Origin: Octopus vulgaris
Lineage: Eukaryota
DNA length: 64,000 nucleotides
Reading direction: 5' to 3'
NCBI GenBank assembly: GCA_951406725.2
Contig: OX597816.1
Coordinates: 68,944,001 to 69,008,000 of the forward strand
Numbering within the stretch: position 1 is the stretch's first letter; the number at the start of each line of letters is the position of its first letter. The position numbers were made by a program, and so were the translations under genes. Shown one piece after another: positions 25,185 to 38,061 of this stretch. The notes below the pieces were generated by a model. The model was not told where the DNA came from, did no database searches, and saw nothing but the letters and a program-made list of their open reading frames with translations.

Positions 25185-27486
25185 TATATATAATGTCTTT
25201 TTGGTGGCACTAAAAACAATGTAGTAAATGTAACAGCTGAGAAGAGGAATTGTCTTTGAGGCAAATTTATTTTGAGTTCATGTCTACCATATTTTGCTGA
25301 TGCGGCTTTTGTCGATTCGTGTATATGTTGGAACACACTTGTCCAATGCGTTGTGCCGAGTAAAGAAATTAGTGACCACGTATTTGCAAGGCGAATTTCC
25401 GTAGCATACAACCATTCGCACAGCGATGAACGGTTCAGCAGTAATTGAAGTCGATAAAACAGTATGCATTTTATTTACAGAAATATAATACACATGGATC
25501 CAAGAAGCAAGCATTTGTTAAACTGACAATGATAGCAATAATGTGTTAGTGTCCCTGTCATACGCATAATTCCCTCGCTCGCACGCTTCTGTGATTGCTT
25601 CTATGCAAATCTGTATCTAGCAATTAATTGAAGAAATTAATATGAAACTATATGCCTTGTTTGGTAATTACGCTGAATTAACTGTTCATGCAAATGAAAT
25701 AGACAGAAATATGACGCTGTTTCTGTGTGTGATGGCGCAGTGTGTGTAATGGCGAAACGTGAAGTTAGAATTAGCTGCAGAGACATTAGACATTGCAGCG
25801 GGAGTATTCATATGACATGAAATGACTTCAAACTAAGATGATTATTTTCGTATTTTTTTACTCCTTTGTCATTGGTTAATATCACCTACTTATGACTTAA
25901 ATCCAAAAGCCGCATCTGAAAAAATTACTATTTTCTATCTCTGTGAAGTGAAAGCTTTTCCGTATTTTGTTTGGTGTCTATATTATATTAACACGATAAT
26001 GTATTTCCTGCTGTCTATTTTAATGTTCTATTGCTATTAAAAATGATTAAGTAGTATATAAGATTGCAATATAATAGCATTCACAAATGGATGGTCCCTG
26101 ACATAGACTTGCGTATACTATTACTATTCTCACAGTCGTGTAATAAAAAAAAATATATCCTATTTATAATGTGATAGAGGCAGTATTTAATAATATTTAT
26201 AATCTAAATCAGACATTGCTATTTATATATTCCCAATATACAGCATGACATTTGAACAAATTATATCACATTTTCAGAGTTATATCTAAGTACAAGCTAA
26301 ATTCACCTAGAATCGTTCAGGCATATATACTTTTTGTCGAATTTATTTCAACATCATCTACTATAAGAAGAATTCAATTTTTAAGCCATAAATGAATACA
26401 AGGATACACATTGAAACGCAGAAAGGAGAAGAGGGTTAAAACAGTGGCATTTTTTGTCGCGGTTTTCGATGCTGAAATCGTTAGCCATCGTTTTGCCTGA
26501 ATAAAATGTGGTAGATTCCAGCAAGAATGTCATCACGTAATACCCACTAATACCCATTATAATAAGATAACACTATAATAAGATAACATTATAATAAGAT
26601 AATATTTTAACAGTTCCCTAACATATAAAAAAGATTCATGTGATAGGTGGAAAGAAGCTATAAGCTTCATGTTGAAATATAATGGAGAGATATTTGTTTG
26701 AATCGATGGAATATTTGCATAAACAGTTATGGGGACTCAGATAATATTTCTATTTCTGCTTTTGATACTGCTCTTTGTCTTGTATATTTAAATGTTTCTG
26801 TAGTTCTTAGAGCGGACGGAATTAGTAGAAAGGATAAGTGCAGTGGGTGATGCTCTGTGTCACGTTCATCAACTCCATAGAGATTTATGTAATTAAGAAA
26901 AGAAACTGTAAACCGAATTATTTATTAAAACTCCACCGGGAGATATATAAATAAGGACATATTGGTTAATGAATCACAGGTTAGACTATTACTGAAAGCT
27001 AGATGGAAATGTCACGGACGGAAAACACTAATCATATGATTATTGAATAGTGGCTGACCTTATCTAAACAATAACTATAAATACAGTAAGAAAATAGAAA
27101 TTTACAGGCTTATGACAAATACTGGGTAGCATCACGACTTATATCTGCTACACAGATTTACTACGTGTTATATATTACATGTCAATATCAAAATAGATTT
27201 CTTTTTTTATTTCGGCATGACTCGTAACCCAATAATAAATAACTGACTGCCGTGATAAGATCTAAACAGCTTGATAGAATTGTATGAATGAAAGACTATG
27301 GAGTTGAACAAATAGCCAAATTTAATCTTTTAAAATAATAGAATAATAGCAGATGAAAGCAACAAACAGTAGAACAACCTTGTATATTTTCTGTTCCTCG
27401 TCGAATACATTTAATTTTATTCATGTCAGTTTTAATGTAAAACCATAAACTTTATGCATAAATCACTATCTATCTACGTGTGTGTG

Positions 27487-27552
<66 letters not shown>

Positions 27553-27574
27553 TAAATAAATATATATATATATA

Positions 27575-27986
27575 TTCACTTTTACTCTTTTACTCTTTTA
27601 CTTGTTTCAGTCATCTGACTGCGGCTATGCTGGAGCACCGGCTTTAGTCGAGCAAATCGACCCCAGGACTTATTCTTTGGAAGCGTAGTAATTATTCCAT
27701 CGGACTCTTTTGCCGAACCGCTAAGTTACGGGATCGTAAAACACCAGCATCGGTTGTCATGCGAGGTTGAGGGGACAAACACGGACACACAAACGTAGAC
27801 ACACACATATATATGCATATATACGACGGGCTTCTTTTAGTTTCCATCTACCAAATCCACTCACAAGGCTTTGGTCGGCCCGCGGCTATAGTAGATGATA
27901 TTTTCCCAAGGTACCACGCAGTGGGACTGAACCCGGAACCATGTGGTTGGTAAGCAAGCTACTTACCATACAGCCACTCCTGTGCC

Positions 27987-27987
<1 letters not shown>
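27575..27987 (-). mobile_element. SINE family A, full length
   Basis: Reverse complement of family A with (gagtaaaa)n tail. Confidence 0.9.
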
Positions 27988-28045
<58 letters not shown>

Positions 28046-28069
28046 GTATATATATATATGTATATATAT

Positions 28070-29270
28070 AAGTGTAGATTTTTTGACGTAAATTTTAATG
28101 TAAGATCGGATAGATTTAAACCTTTCCGTAAGCCAATGAAAAGCTATCGTATATTAGCAAATATTCGAACCATCCACCAGTTATCCTTAGCAACTTAGTC
28201 AGCAATGTAGGTAGAGAATATCTTCAATTTCTTCGGACGAGGCAGCATTCCATAATGCTGCACCTTATTACGATAGCGCATTAAAGAATAGTGGATTCTC
28301 GGAGAAGATCCAGTCCAACCAGCTTAATGCTAATAATAATGCTGCACGAAGAACTAGGACCAGGAAAGTTTTGTGGTTCAACCCGTTTCAATTTGGCCGT
28401 AAAGACTAATATAGGTAAGGAATTTTTGAGATTAGTCTCTAAGCATTTTAAGCGGGTCATAAATTCGACAGAATATTTAATAGAAGAACCCGAAGGTTAG
28501 CTATTCTTGTTGCAGAATTTCGCCTCTTACATTAGCCAACATAATAGGAAGCTAATTGAGATTAGACATGGTGCCGAGCCCATTAAGAAATGTAATTGCA
28601 AAAACGAAAGCTCCTGTCCGTTAGAAGGGAAATTCTAGTGAAAGGAGTAGTTTATAGAGCCAAGGTGCAAGTGGAAGGCTCATCGGAATACAAGACATAC
28701 ACAGGGGCTTCAGAAAATTCATTTAAAACAAGATTTTATTCTCATAAGAATTCTTTAAATACCCAGAGAATAGAAGAAACCAGCCTAGCAAAATATGTCT
28801 GGGAACTAAAAGAAAAGGCCCCACCTTTCAACGTGACATGGAGCATTCTGGACAGGGCGGCACCATACAGGCATGGAGCTTACAAATATAATTTCAAGTG
28901 CAGGCTTTGCTTATTAGAGAAAATGCACATATTATTCAAAGACAATAATTCTTTGAATCAAAGAAGTGAGTTAATGAACTTATGTAGACACGCGGCTAAA
29001 TTTAAAATGTCGAATATAAATATACCATATGGATAGAGTATATATTTTGTATTTTGATTTTTGATTTTGATTTTGACTCTTGAGCGCTACGACGGATCTA
29101 TAGCAAAGTCTTATTGTTTCTACATATATATTAGGAAAAACCTACAAACTTTGTTTTCATGTTATTGTATTGCATAGGATTACCTTGATTATTTATAAAT
29201 GACCCAAAATAGATGTTATATTTTATTTTATATGTCTTTCGTATATATTTTTATTAATGCACCATTTTTT
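28070..29270 (+). mobile_element. Penelope-like element, second lineage (probably Naiad-type): RT C-terminus plus GIY-YIG
   Basis: SNHPPVI, AAPYYDSALKNSG, WFNP.FNLAVKTNIGKEFL, CNCKNESSCPL, VVYRAKV...YTGASENSFKTRFYSH...CRLCLLEK...LNQRSEL..CRH. Frameshifted; starts at a (TA)n tract. Confidence 0.85.
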
Positions 29271-30015
29271 AAAAGCAATGTTTTTTTTTTAAAAAAGCAA
29301 TGTTGTCAAAATTAGAATGTTTATATAAGTATGTGTATAGCAAACATATGTATTTGTAAGGCGTATCTGTGTATGTGTAAGGAAAGTATGCTTGTGTAAG
29401 CACGCATACACACGACGTATGTATATGTATCAATTCAAACTTGTGTATGTATACTGGCCTCTATAGATGCCAATAACATCGCTACAAGTTTTCCCACCTC
29501 CTTCGTTCCTTTTCTCTTTCCTTCTTTCGTTCCCCCTCCTTGCTCAGTATATGAGAATTGCTACATAGATGAATTTTAGCTTGCGTGCGAGACGGTTTGC
29601 GTGAATATATGTACACATGCTTTTATGTGTATAATTTAGATTCATATTCATACGTCTGTATATGTATGTATGGCGTTTACGCGCATCCTTTTGTGTATGT
29701 TGATATATATATTGGATTTTAATATAAATATGTATTGCAGTATTTATAACAGGTTTAATATGCATTAATTTGTACTGTCTTCATTAATAGGTTTTTTCTC
29801 GGTTTTTTCTCGGTTTCCTCGGATTTTATAATTTTTATAATTTTTATAAGTTTTTTTATATATATATACATATATTTTTGACCTTTTGTTTATCGCTCGA
29901 AGATTGACCGTTTTTTCTAAAGGGCCAATCAAACAAGTCCATTGTGTAGCGTTTGTAAGAGTATAGGTGTAGCGTTTGTAAGAGTATAGATTATATATAT
30001 ATATTCTAGCAAAAA

Positions 30016-30053
30016 CTGTCTGATGAACGGCAACGAGAAACTCAGAGTAACAG
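30016..30053 (+). ncRNA. Minimal type I hammerhead motif (family P1)
   Basis: ctgt-CTGATGA-aCG GCAA CGa-GAAA-CTCAGAG-TA-acag. Canonical core, GNRA-capped stem II, GUA triplet. Confidence 0.7.
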
Positions 30054-30085
30054 ATTTTGTTGAATTTTCTGCTGCTTAAAATAAA

Positions 30086-30150
<65 letters not shown>

Positions 30151-30154
<4 letters not shown>

Positions 30155-30663
30155 ATAGTGGTACCACAATGCGCCAATATTTACTGGAAGTAGCTGACGA
30201 TATATATGACGCTATAGTAAAGCTTCACTATATATAATGGCAAAGACGTTTGTGTGAGGCGAACATGAAAACATTCACTTTACCTGTCGGAAGAATATTA
30301 AATATATGTACAACACCGATGTGGATAATCTAGAACCTGGATTTCGAACTTACCAAATGACGTTTGTTAACGTATATTTGATTAGTTCCCTTCGGTTAGA
30401 TTCAGCTAGACAAAATTTCAAATATCGCCTACATAAATACCAGCATTACTCGTCTGAATGCCTGCCCATAATCACACCGAGAACAGTGAAAAAGTTTTCA
30501 AAGAAAAAATTATTGAAAAGTGCAATGCAATAGTATATTATCGTCTGCTGCTTCCAGTAAATATTGGTGCCTTGTACCACTATCCTATATTTATACTTTA
30601 CCTTGATGGCGCTTAGTTTTACTGGGAAGCAATACTACTGTACTGCACTATTCAATAATTTTT
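30151..30663. mobile_element. MITE-like element with about 50-bp TIRs and a nested second inversion
   Basis: 30151-30202 is inverted at 30539-30587. About 30505-30565 is inverted again at about 30618-30663. Confidence 0.7.
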
Positions 30664-30803
30664 ATATATATATAAATTCCCTACTGAGAATGACCAATTA
30701 TAAGAGAATCTTACATTGCTTATAAACTCTACATCAGGATGGACTCATATTAAACTATGTTGGACTTTTGGATTTTACTCAAAGAATATTGGAATATTAC
30801 ACA

Positions 30804-32068
30804 TACGAGTAACTTCCCATAGCAGTAGAGCAACGAAACTTGGCATAGTTATTAGTCTTTTTCTACATAGGAATCACCCAGAGTTACGCATTTCTCCCAT
30901 CGTTTGATGCGGCTCTGGAGACCGTTTTTGTAGAAAAACCCAGCTTGGTCATCCAACCTCAACGTGACTTCAGAAATCAAGGCTGCATCATCTGGGAAAC
31001 GTTTTCTTTTCAAAAACAACTTCATGGCTGGGAAGAGGTGAGAATCAGAGGGTGCAAGGTCAGGAGAGTAGGGGGTGGGGAGGAGTTCATAGCCATACGC
31101 CTGTGCTTCTGATCTGGCGACAAGCGAGTTGTGGACCGGAGCGTTGTCCTGCAGGAGGAGGATGCCTTTGCTGATCTTGCCCCGCCTCTTGATTTTGATA
31201 ACTTCTCTTAATTTCCTCAAAAGTGAAGCATAATAGGCTCCTGCAATTGTGGTACCCTTTGCCAGGAAATCTGTCATCACTACTCCGTCCTGGTCCTAGA
31301 AGACTGTGAGCATGACCTTGCCAACGGAGGGCTGCACCCTTGCCTTCTTTGGAGGGGGTGAGTCACGGTGCTTCCACTGCATTGACTGGGCTTTGGTCTC
31401 TGGATCATCGTGATGGACCCAGGTTTCATCCTGTGTAATCAGTCTTTTGAAAAATTTTGACTCATCTTTTGGCACATCTCCAAATTCACCCTCGAGCACT
31501 CGACGCGTTCTTGCTTCTGGAAAGGCGTGAGCAACCTGGGAATCCATCTGGCAGACACTTTTTGCATATGCAAATGGTCATAAATGATAGTTTCCACAGA
31601 TCCGGTACTAATCTTGACCTCATGGGCTATTTGGCGAATAATTATGCGTCGATCTTCCAAAATGGCAGCCTCAACTTGACGGACAGATGCCTCATCAATG
31701 GCAGAAGGGGGCGACCAGATCTGGGAGCTGTTTCCACAGAGTTCCGACCATGTTTGAATTCACGATGCCAGCGTTTTACAAGGTCATATGATGGGGCATC
31801 ATCACCATAAGTTACTTTCATTTCATCAAAAGTCTCCCGTGGTGTGCGTCCTTTCAAATACAAAAACCGGATCACTGCTCGACACTCAACAGGCTCCATT
31901 TCACACTTGACTCGGTTCAAACACCTGTAAATCAGAAACCACAATTAATTCAGAGCTATAATTTGCGGCTTACTCTATAGAGATATAAATAATTGCACAT
32001 GCAAAAGTTCAGCTAGATCAAACAACTGCAAGTGGGTCAGAGGCATTACTTATTGAACGTCCCTCGTA
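30804..32068 (-). mobile_element. mariner (DD34D) transposon, near full length, frameshifted
   Basis: RAVIRFLYLKG..., WIPRLLT, ITQDETWVHH, LLQDNAPVH, YSPDLAPSDSHLF. One end reads tacgagggacgttcaataagt (minus); the other retains only tacgag. Confidence 0.93.
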
Positions 32069-32204
32069 TATATCATTATGCCTATAAAATGGATTTACGA
32101 ATTCAATAACCATACATATCTTACATCTATTTTCTTTCTTTCACCTCACTCTCTATTTGTATCACATCGAAACTAACTATGACTTAATTTTTCCTTTCAC
32201 ACCA

Positions 32205-32310
32205 TCTGCGATGAAGGGATATTATTAATTAATATTCTAGAAACAGCTGTAAGACCTTCTATCTATAAATGTTCTAATATCTATACAGCCTTGGTTTTTC
32301 TTATCTCCTT
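32205..32310 (+). repeat. HHR-like short repeat (family P2), degenerate core
   Basis: tct-GCGATGA-agggatatt..aatattct-a-GAAA-CAGCTG-TA-aga. Second copy at 33866-33955. Confidence 0.6.
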
Positions 32311-32326
32311 ACGCAAAAAATTCATA

Positions 32327-32443
<117 letters not shown>

Positions 32444-33144
32444 TAACTTCACGGAGAGAGCGCACTACTCTGTTATTGGTAGGATCAACAAAGACGTAAT
32501 TCACCTATCCCCTCGGTGAGAGATAAATATCGTTTCTACGTGCTTATTAAATTACATATATACACACATACATACATTCATACGCATGTGTATATACATA
32601 TCCACATTCATATACACATATGTACGTACGTTTGTGCCTATGTGTCTGCGTGTGTGTATGTGTGTATGTTAGAATTTGCGTGTGTGTGTGGACCCATGAT
32701 TGTGTGTAAATGGGTGAAATGTATTGGTGAGGTCCGGCGTTAAAATAAATATCTCGAAACTTCTTGTTAGGGATCAGATATGGTGTAGGCGATTAAGCAC
32801 CTGGATATACAACCACGTTGTTCTGATTCTGATTGCCTTTCATGATATCTTTTTTTTATATGTTCTCTTTTTCAAGAAGATGTTGACAAAGCCTTCCCAA
32901 GGAACTTGCATAAGTGGAAACAGAAAAATCGATAGATGTACCGTATCTATTTCTGTTCGGTGAAGTTAAACCGGTATAATTGTGTCTTGAGAGGATCATC
33001 TCTCTTGCAAGCATTTGTACCAGCTTTGAGGATAACCTATGATTCGTGGTTTCCTCTTCTGTTCCTCTCACCAGAAACATAGACCTAGAAAATAGTTGTC
33101 TGTCCATCATCTCATAAAAAAAAAAAATTATATATATGAATAAT

Positions 33145-33296
33145 AGGTGCAGACGTCGCTGTATTAAGAAGGTTGCTTGCCTACAACACGGTTCCAGTTT
33201 TAGTCCCACTGCGTTGCACCTTGGGCAAGTATCTTGGGTCGCCCAAAGACTTGTGAGTAGATTTGGTAGACGGAAACTGGAAGAAGCTCGTCGTAT
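33145..33296 (+). mobile_element. SINE family A, 5' half
   Basis: Head to gaagctcgtcgtat. Confidence 0.8.
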
Positions 33297-33299
33297 ATA

Positions 33300-33630
33300 T
33301 ATAGAACAAAATAGAATGAAAAAAACTACAGGAGACTGGTATCATATGGTTAAATAAGATATTTAAATCGTCATGTTACGAAGATGTAATAAAACTTTGC
33401 GTGTAGCGACATTGTTTTTGGAGAGTTCCAAGTAGGGAGAGGTAATCAGGGATTTTTTCGGTGAAAAATGTTGGGAATGATTAGGGTTTATTAATTTAAC
33501 AGAATTTGGTTTTGATAGAATAAAATGTTATAAGTGGTTAAATTTTGCTTTATATTTTTTGATGCGGTAAGTTTCCTTATTTAAAAATGCTAGAAATGGT
33601 TACTTTATGGCTTAAATAAGGAAACCTACT
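33300..33630 (-). mobile_element. PLE 3' end / pseudo-LTR remnant related to 12869-13240
   Basis: gaaaaaactacag...agggagaggtaat...agtggttaaattttgctttatatttttt...gtttccttattta parallels 12896-13245. Confidence 0.6.
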
Positions 33631-33779
33631 TCATTGAAAGTTCGAATAACAAATTAGATATGTTAAGAAATGTAAGGCTCTGTTATGTCTGAGTACACCC
33701 AAAACACACACACACACTGACTGACACTCACACACGTATATAAATAAATGTGCGTGTATATATATATTTATACACACAC

Positions 33780-33862
<83 letters not shown>

Positions 33863-33865
33863 TGT

Positions 33866-33955
33866 ATGAAGGGATATAATAAATATTTTGGAAATAGCTG
33901 TAAGACCTATTTATAAATGTTCTAAAATTTTCACAGCCTTGGTTTTTTATCTCAT
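33866..33955 (+). repeat. Family P2 HHR-like repeat, 5'-truncated
   Basis: atgaagggatat...gaaatagctgtaagacc...cagccttggtttt matches 32211-32300. Confidence 0.6.
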
Positions 33956-34032
33956 TCTGAAAAAGTTATATATATATATAAGACAAGATGAAATATATAT
34001 GATAAGTATGGATATCTCTCTTTTTCTATGGT

Positions 34033-34072
<40 letters not shown>

Positions 34073-35149
34073 GGATGGATGGAGAAATACTCAATTTTAC
34101 TTTTTCAGCCTTTACACCTACCATTATTCGGAATTTGTGTTTGTGCACGTAGGAGAAAGTTCTAGCTTGAACATGCATGTAAATTATTAGATAGATTACA
34201 CTTCGACTTTCTACTATTACAGATGTGCCCAAAGGGGTTGGAATTAAATTATAGGAAAGTCCACCAAAGCAACCGGGCACACATAGTGCAGAGGAAGTGA
34301 CAGCACCGACATCACCACCACTGATTGCAACATTTGGCAGCAGTATTCAGATTTAATACTTTCATTACACTTTCTTTTAGCTTTCAAATCGAATGGAGCA
34401 TAATTTTGTTTATTTGACGTAATTGCTGTCTCAGAATTGTGCGTAATGGGTTATTTATACCGGAGAGAACTGTGTGACGAGAGCAATTATTTATCATTCG
34501 GTATTTTGATGGCAGTGAAGGCTGGACACTTATTATATCCCTGGGACTAATGTTACTGGCAACGCAAGTTCAAAGATCCAATTTTCAAAGATATATATAG
34601 AGAGAGAGAGAGAAATAGAAAGTATAGTGAGCTGAAAAAAGGGGAAAGAGAATAGAGAAATAATAACAGATATTGAGATTACGAAGAGAGATGAAAGTTG
34701 AATACAAACATATAGGTATGTATGTACGTATGTGTGTGTGTGTAAGCACTGAGAGAGAGAGAGAGAGAGAAAGAGATGTACGGGTGTACAAACACACACA
34801 CATACTTACCCACACATATAAACATATAAATGTAGGTATATATGCCTCTAATCTATATAAAACCATATATCTATATACATGCACATATTTATGCATATAT
34901 ATGCGTATGTATGTATATACGCATATATGCATACAGTATATGTATACATATATATATATGCATACAGTATATGTATATATATACAGTATATGTATATATA
35001 CATATGATATGTCTATATATATATATATATATAGCATACGTATATATACAAATAGCACATATATACTGTGACTTATACGTATATGTATAGACACACATAT
35101 ATATATATATATATAAACACACACACACACACGCAGCTACATACATACA

Positions 35150-35234
<85 letters not shown>

Positions 35235-35766
35235 GTGAAGCGAGATGAGAAAGGAAAAAAACAGCAAGTAAGTGTTTCGACCTGAGGAGCCTGCGCTGAT
35301 ATAATGCAGCTTTGTCAGGCTTGGATTTAACGATCGGGAATTTGGTTCAATTATCTTTGTAAGGCAGCGCATACACACACGCGCTTCTACTATGAGATAA
35401 GTGCGCGCATATGCATACTCTAGTATGCGTTGATCCACACAACTAAACACAGATCATTTCAGACGGACATAGCAACATTTATATACGTTGCCACATACGC
35501 AAACACATTCGTATGACCGCTTCATTTTTCATCCACACATCCCTGCACATCATACACATGTCTGTGTGCTATATACATATCGCCTATTGTTGTATGTCTT
35601 CTTATGATCACTGCGAAATTAAAAGTGAGTGAAATGCATTAACTAGTGTGTCGGAGTAGAAAGGGAGACAAATATGTTTGTGTGTGTGGGTGTATGTGCA
35701 TGTGTGCGTTTATATATACATACACACACATATATATATACACACCACACATATTTACGTATATAC

Positions 35767-35799
<33 letters not shown>

Positions 35800-35814
35800 C
35801 ATATACATATATTT

Positions 35815-35970
35815 ATTTTCTCTCCCTGTTTATTTCTCTGGTCCTTTCAGTCGAAGAGCGTAGGCTCGAAACATAGAGACCTTCTTACTTCCCGAGCGTT
35901 AAACTGATACATCTGTTCGTTGTTTACATACCTGCCATCGTCTTTTGTTATTTTTGTAAATTCACACTAT
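35815..35970 (+). repeat. HHR-like short repeat (family P3), degenerate; related copy at about 48745-48870
   Basis: cagtcga-a-GAGC gtag GCTC-GAAA-cata followed by ttcccgagcgttaaact..ttgttt. Flanked by (TA)n. Confidence 0.5.
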
Positions 35971-36176
35971 ATACATATATACATACATATATATTTATAT
36001 ATATACACACACGCGTATATATGTATGTATATATATAACTCACACCACAAAATATATATATAATTAAATATGCTTAAGTATACATGGATATATTTACATA
36101 TATATATGTACGTGTTTGTGTGTGCATATATGTGTGTGTGTATATATATATATATCTATATATATACATATCAATA

Positions 36177-36328
36177 GGCGCAGGCCTGGCTGCGTGGTAA
36201 GAAGATTGCTTCCCAACCACATGGCTCCGGATTCAGTCTCACTGCGTGGCACTTTGGGCAAATGTCTTCTACTAGAGCCACGGACCAATCAGGGCCTTGT
36301 GAGTGCTTTTGGTAGACGAGAACTGAAA
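36177..36328 (+). mobile_element. SINE family A, 5' half
   Basis: ggcgcaggcctggctgcgtggtaag...ggtagacgagaactgaaa. Confidence 0.85.
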
Positions 36329-36442
36329 TACGTCATTCGTAAACTTTAAAGGTACTTTAATATGCTACCACTTTGAGTGAAATTTTTTCTGAAAAAGATT
36401 TTTTATCCGATGTTAGTAGTATATATATATATGCATACATGT

Positions 36443-36670
36443 GATGGCGCATGGCTTAGTGATTACGATCGTGAGGGTGTGACTTCGATTCCCGGACCGG
36501 GCTGTGTGTTGTATTCTTCAGCACGAGACTTTATTTCACGTTGCTCCAGTTAATTCGGGTGTAGAAATGAGTTGCGACATCACTGGTGTCAAGCTGTATC
36601 GGCCTTTGCCTCAGAGGGTAACTTTCTAGGTGCAATCCCATGGTCATTCATGACAGAAGCGGGGTCTCCT
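36443..36670 (+). mobile_element. SINE family D, internally deleted
   Basis: Matches 248-574 with two deletions. Confidence 0.8.
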
Positions 36671-36673
36671 CCT

Positions 36674-36709
<36 letters not shown>

Positions 36710-36721
36710 TACAAAGGACAG

Positions 36722-36797
<76 letters not shown>

Positions 36798-36798
<1 letters not shown>

Positions 36799-36975
36799 CC
36801 GGAGTACACACATAAATGTGAAACAAGGTGGAAAAAAGAGTACTCAAATACCAGTGGTAGAGTAATATGCTTTATTTAAAGCATCGGACAGTTTTCTAGC
36901 AAAAACTGTCCGATGAACGGCAACGGGAAACTCAGAGTAACAGGTTTTGTTGAATTTTCTGCTGCTTTAAAAAAA
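36798..36975. mobile_element. Family P1 fold-back element with HHR at 36906-36943 (+)
   Basis: catcggacagtttt-ctagca-aaaactgtccgatg hairpin. HHR reads ctgt-CCGATGA-aCG GCAA CGg-GAAA-CTCAGAG-TA-acag. Confidence 0.75.
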
Positions 36976-37007
36976 GTATATATATATATATATATATATA
37001 CATACAT

Positions 37008-37102
<95 letters not shown>

Positions 37103-37121
37103 TAGAAAGATATAGATACAT

Positions 37122-37258
37122 GTATATGTTTGTCCCCCACCATCGTAACCTTACGGTTCGGCAAAAGTGGCCGATAAAATAATTACTAGGCTTACAAAAT
37201 ATGCGGTGTTCCAGCATTTCTGAAGTCAAATGACTGAAAGAAGTAGAAGAATAAAAAA
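37122..37258 (+). mobile_element. SINE family A, 3' half, deleted
   Basis: tttgtcccccaccatcg...cggttcggcaaaag...gtcaaatgactgaaa. Confidence 0.75.
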
Positions 37259-37527
37259 CATATATATATATACAGTTATAGAACATGAGATAGTTAGAGA
37301 GTACATGATGTTTATTTGGTTAGTTTGTTTGAAGCATCGCAGGCAAGGCGACGTTGGTGCTCTGCCCATGAATGTATATGAGAGAGAAAATAATGAGATT
37401 GATTCAAGAGATGGAAAATAACAAAAAGTTGATGAATAAAGATGGGAAGAACAAACGAATCAGACACACGCTTACATAAAGACACAAAAAGACACATACA
37501 TACACGCAGAGACACAGACACATACAC

Positions 37528-37564
<37 letters not shown>

Positions 37565-37759
37565 GACACACACACACACACATACACACACAAACAAACA
37601 CACATATAAATGTTTGTTTATATGTATAGTCAGATAAAACAGTTACACACACCTAGAAGATCGTGTATAGACATGTTATGCATAAACACGCATATATATA
37701 TACAAACACACACCCACCCATATATATATATACATATATGTGGGTGGGTGTGTATGTGC

Positions 37760-37838
<79 letters not shown>

Positions 37839-37993
37839 TATATACATATATATATACTGATAAAAATGGTAAGACAACAAAAGAATGAAAGTGACCTCGA
37901 TATTATGTAAATAGAGGAATTTATCTGTAAATATATGTGACAGCCAAACTCGAAGTTTTATCATGGCTAGCCGATAATTGTCACATATATATG

Positions 37994-38061
<68 letters not shown>

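Noticed and set aside
32940-33085. Possible minus-strand exon (ttttctag acceptor, one open frame)
   Set aside because: Weak donor, unrecognisable peptide, no partner exons.
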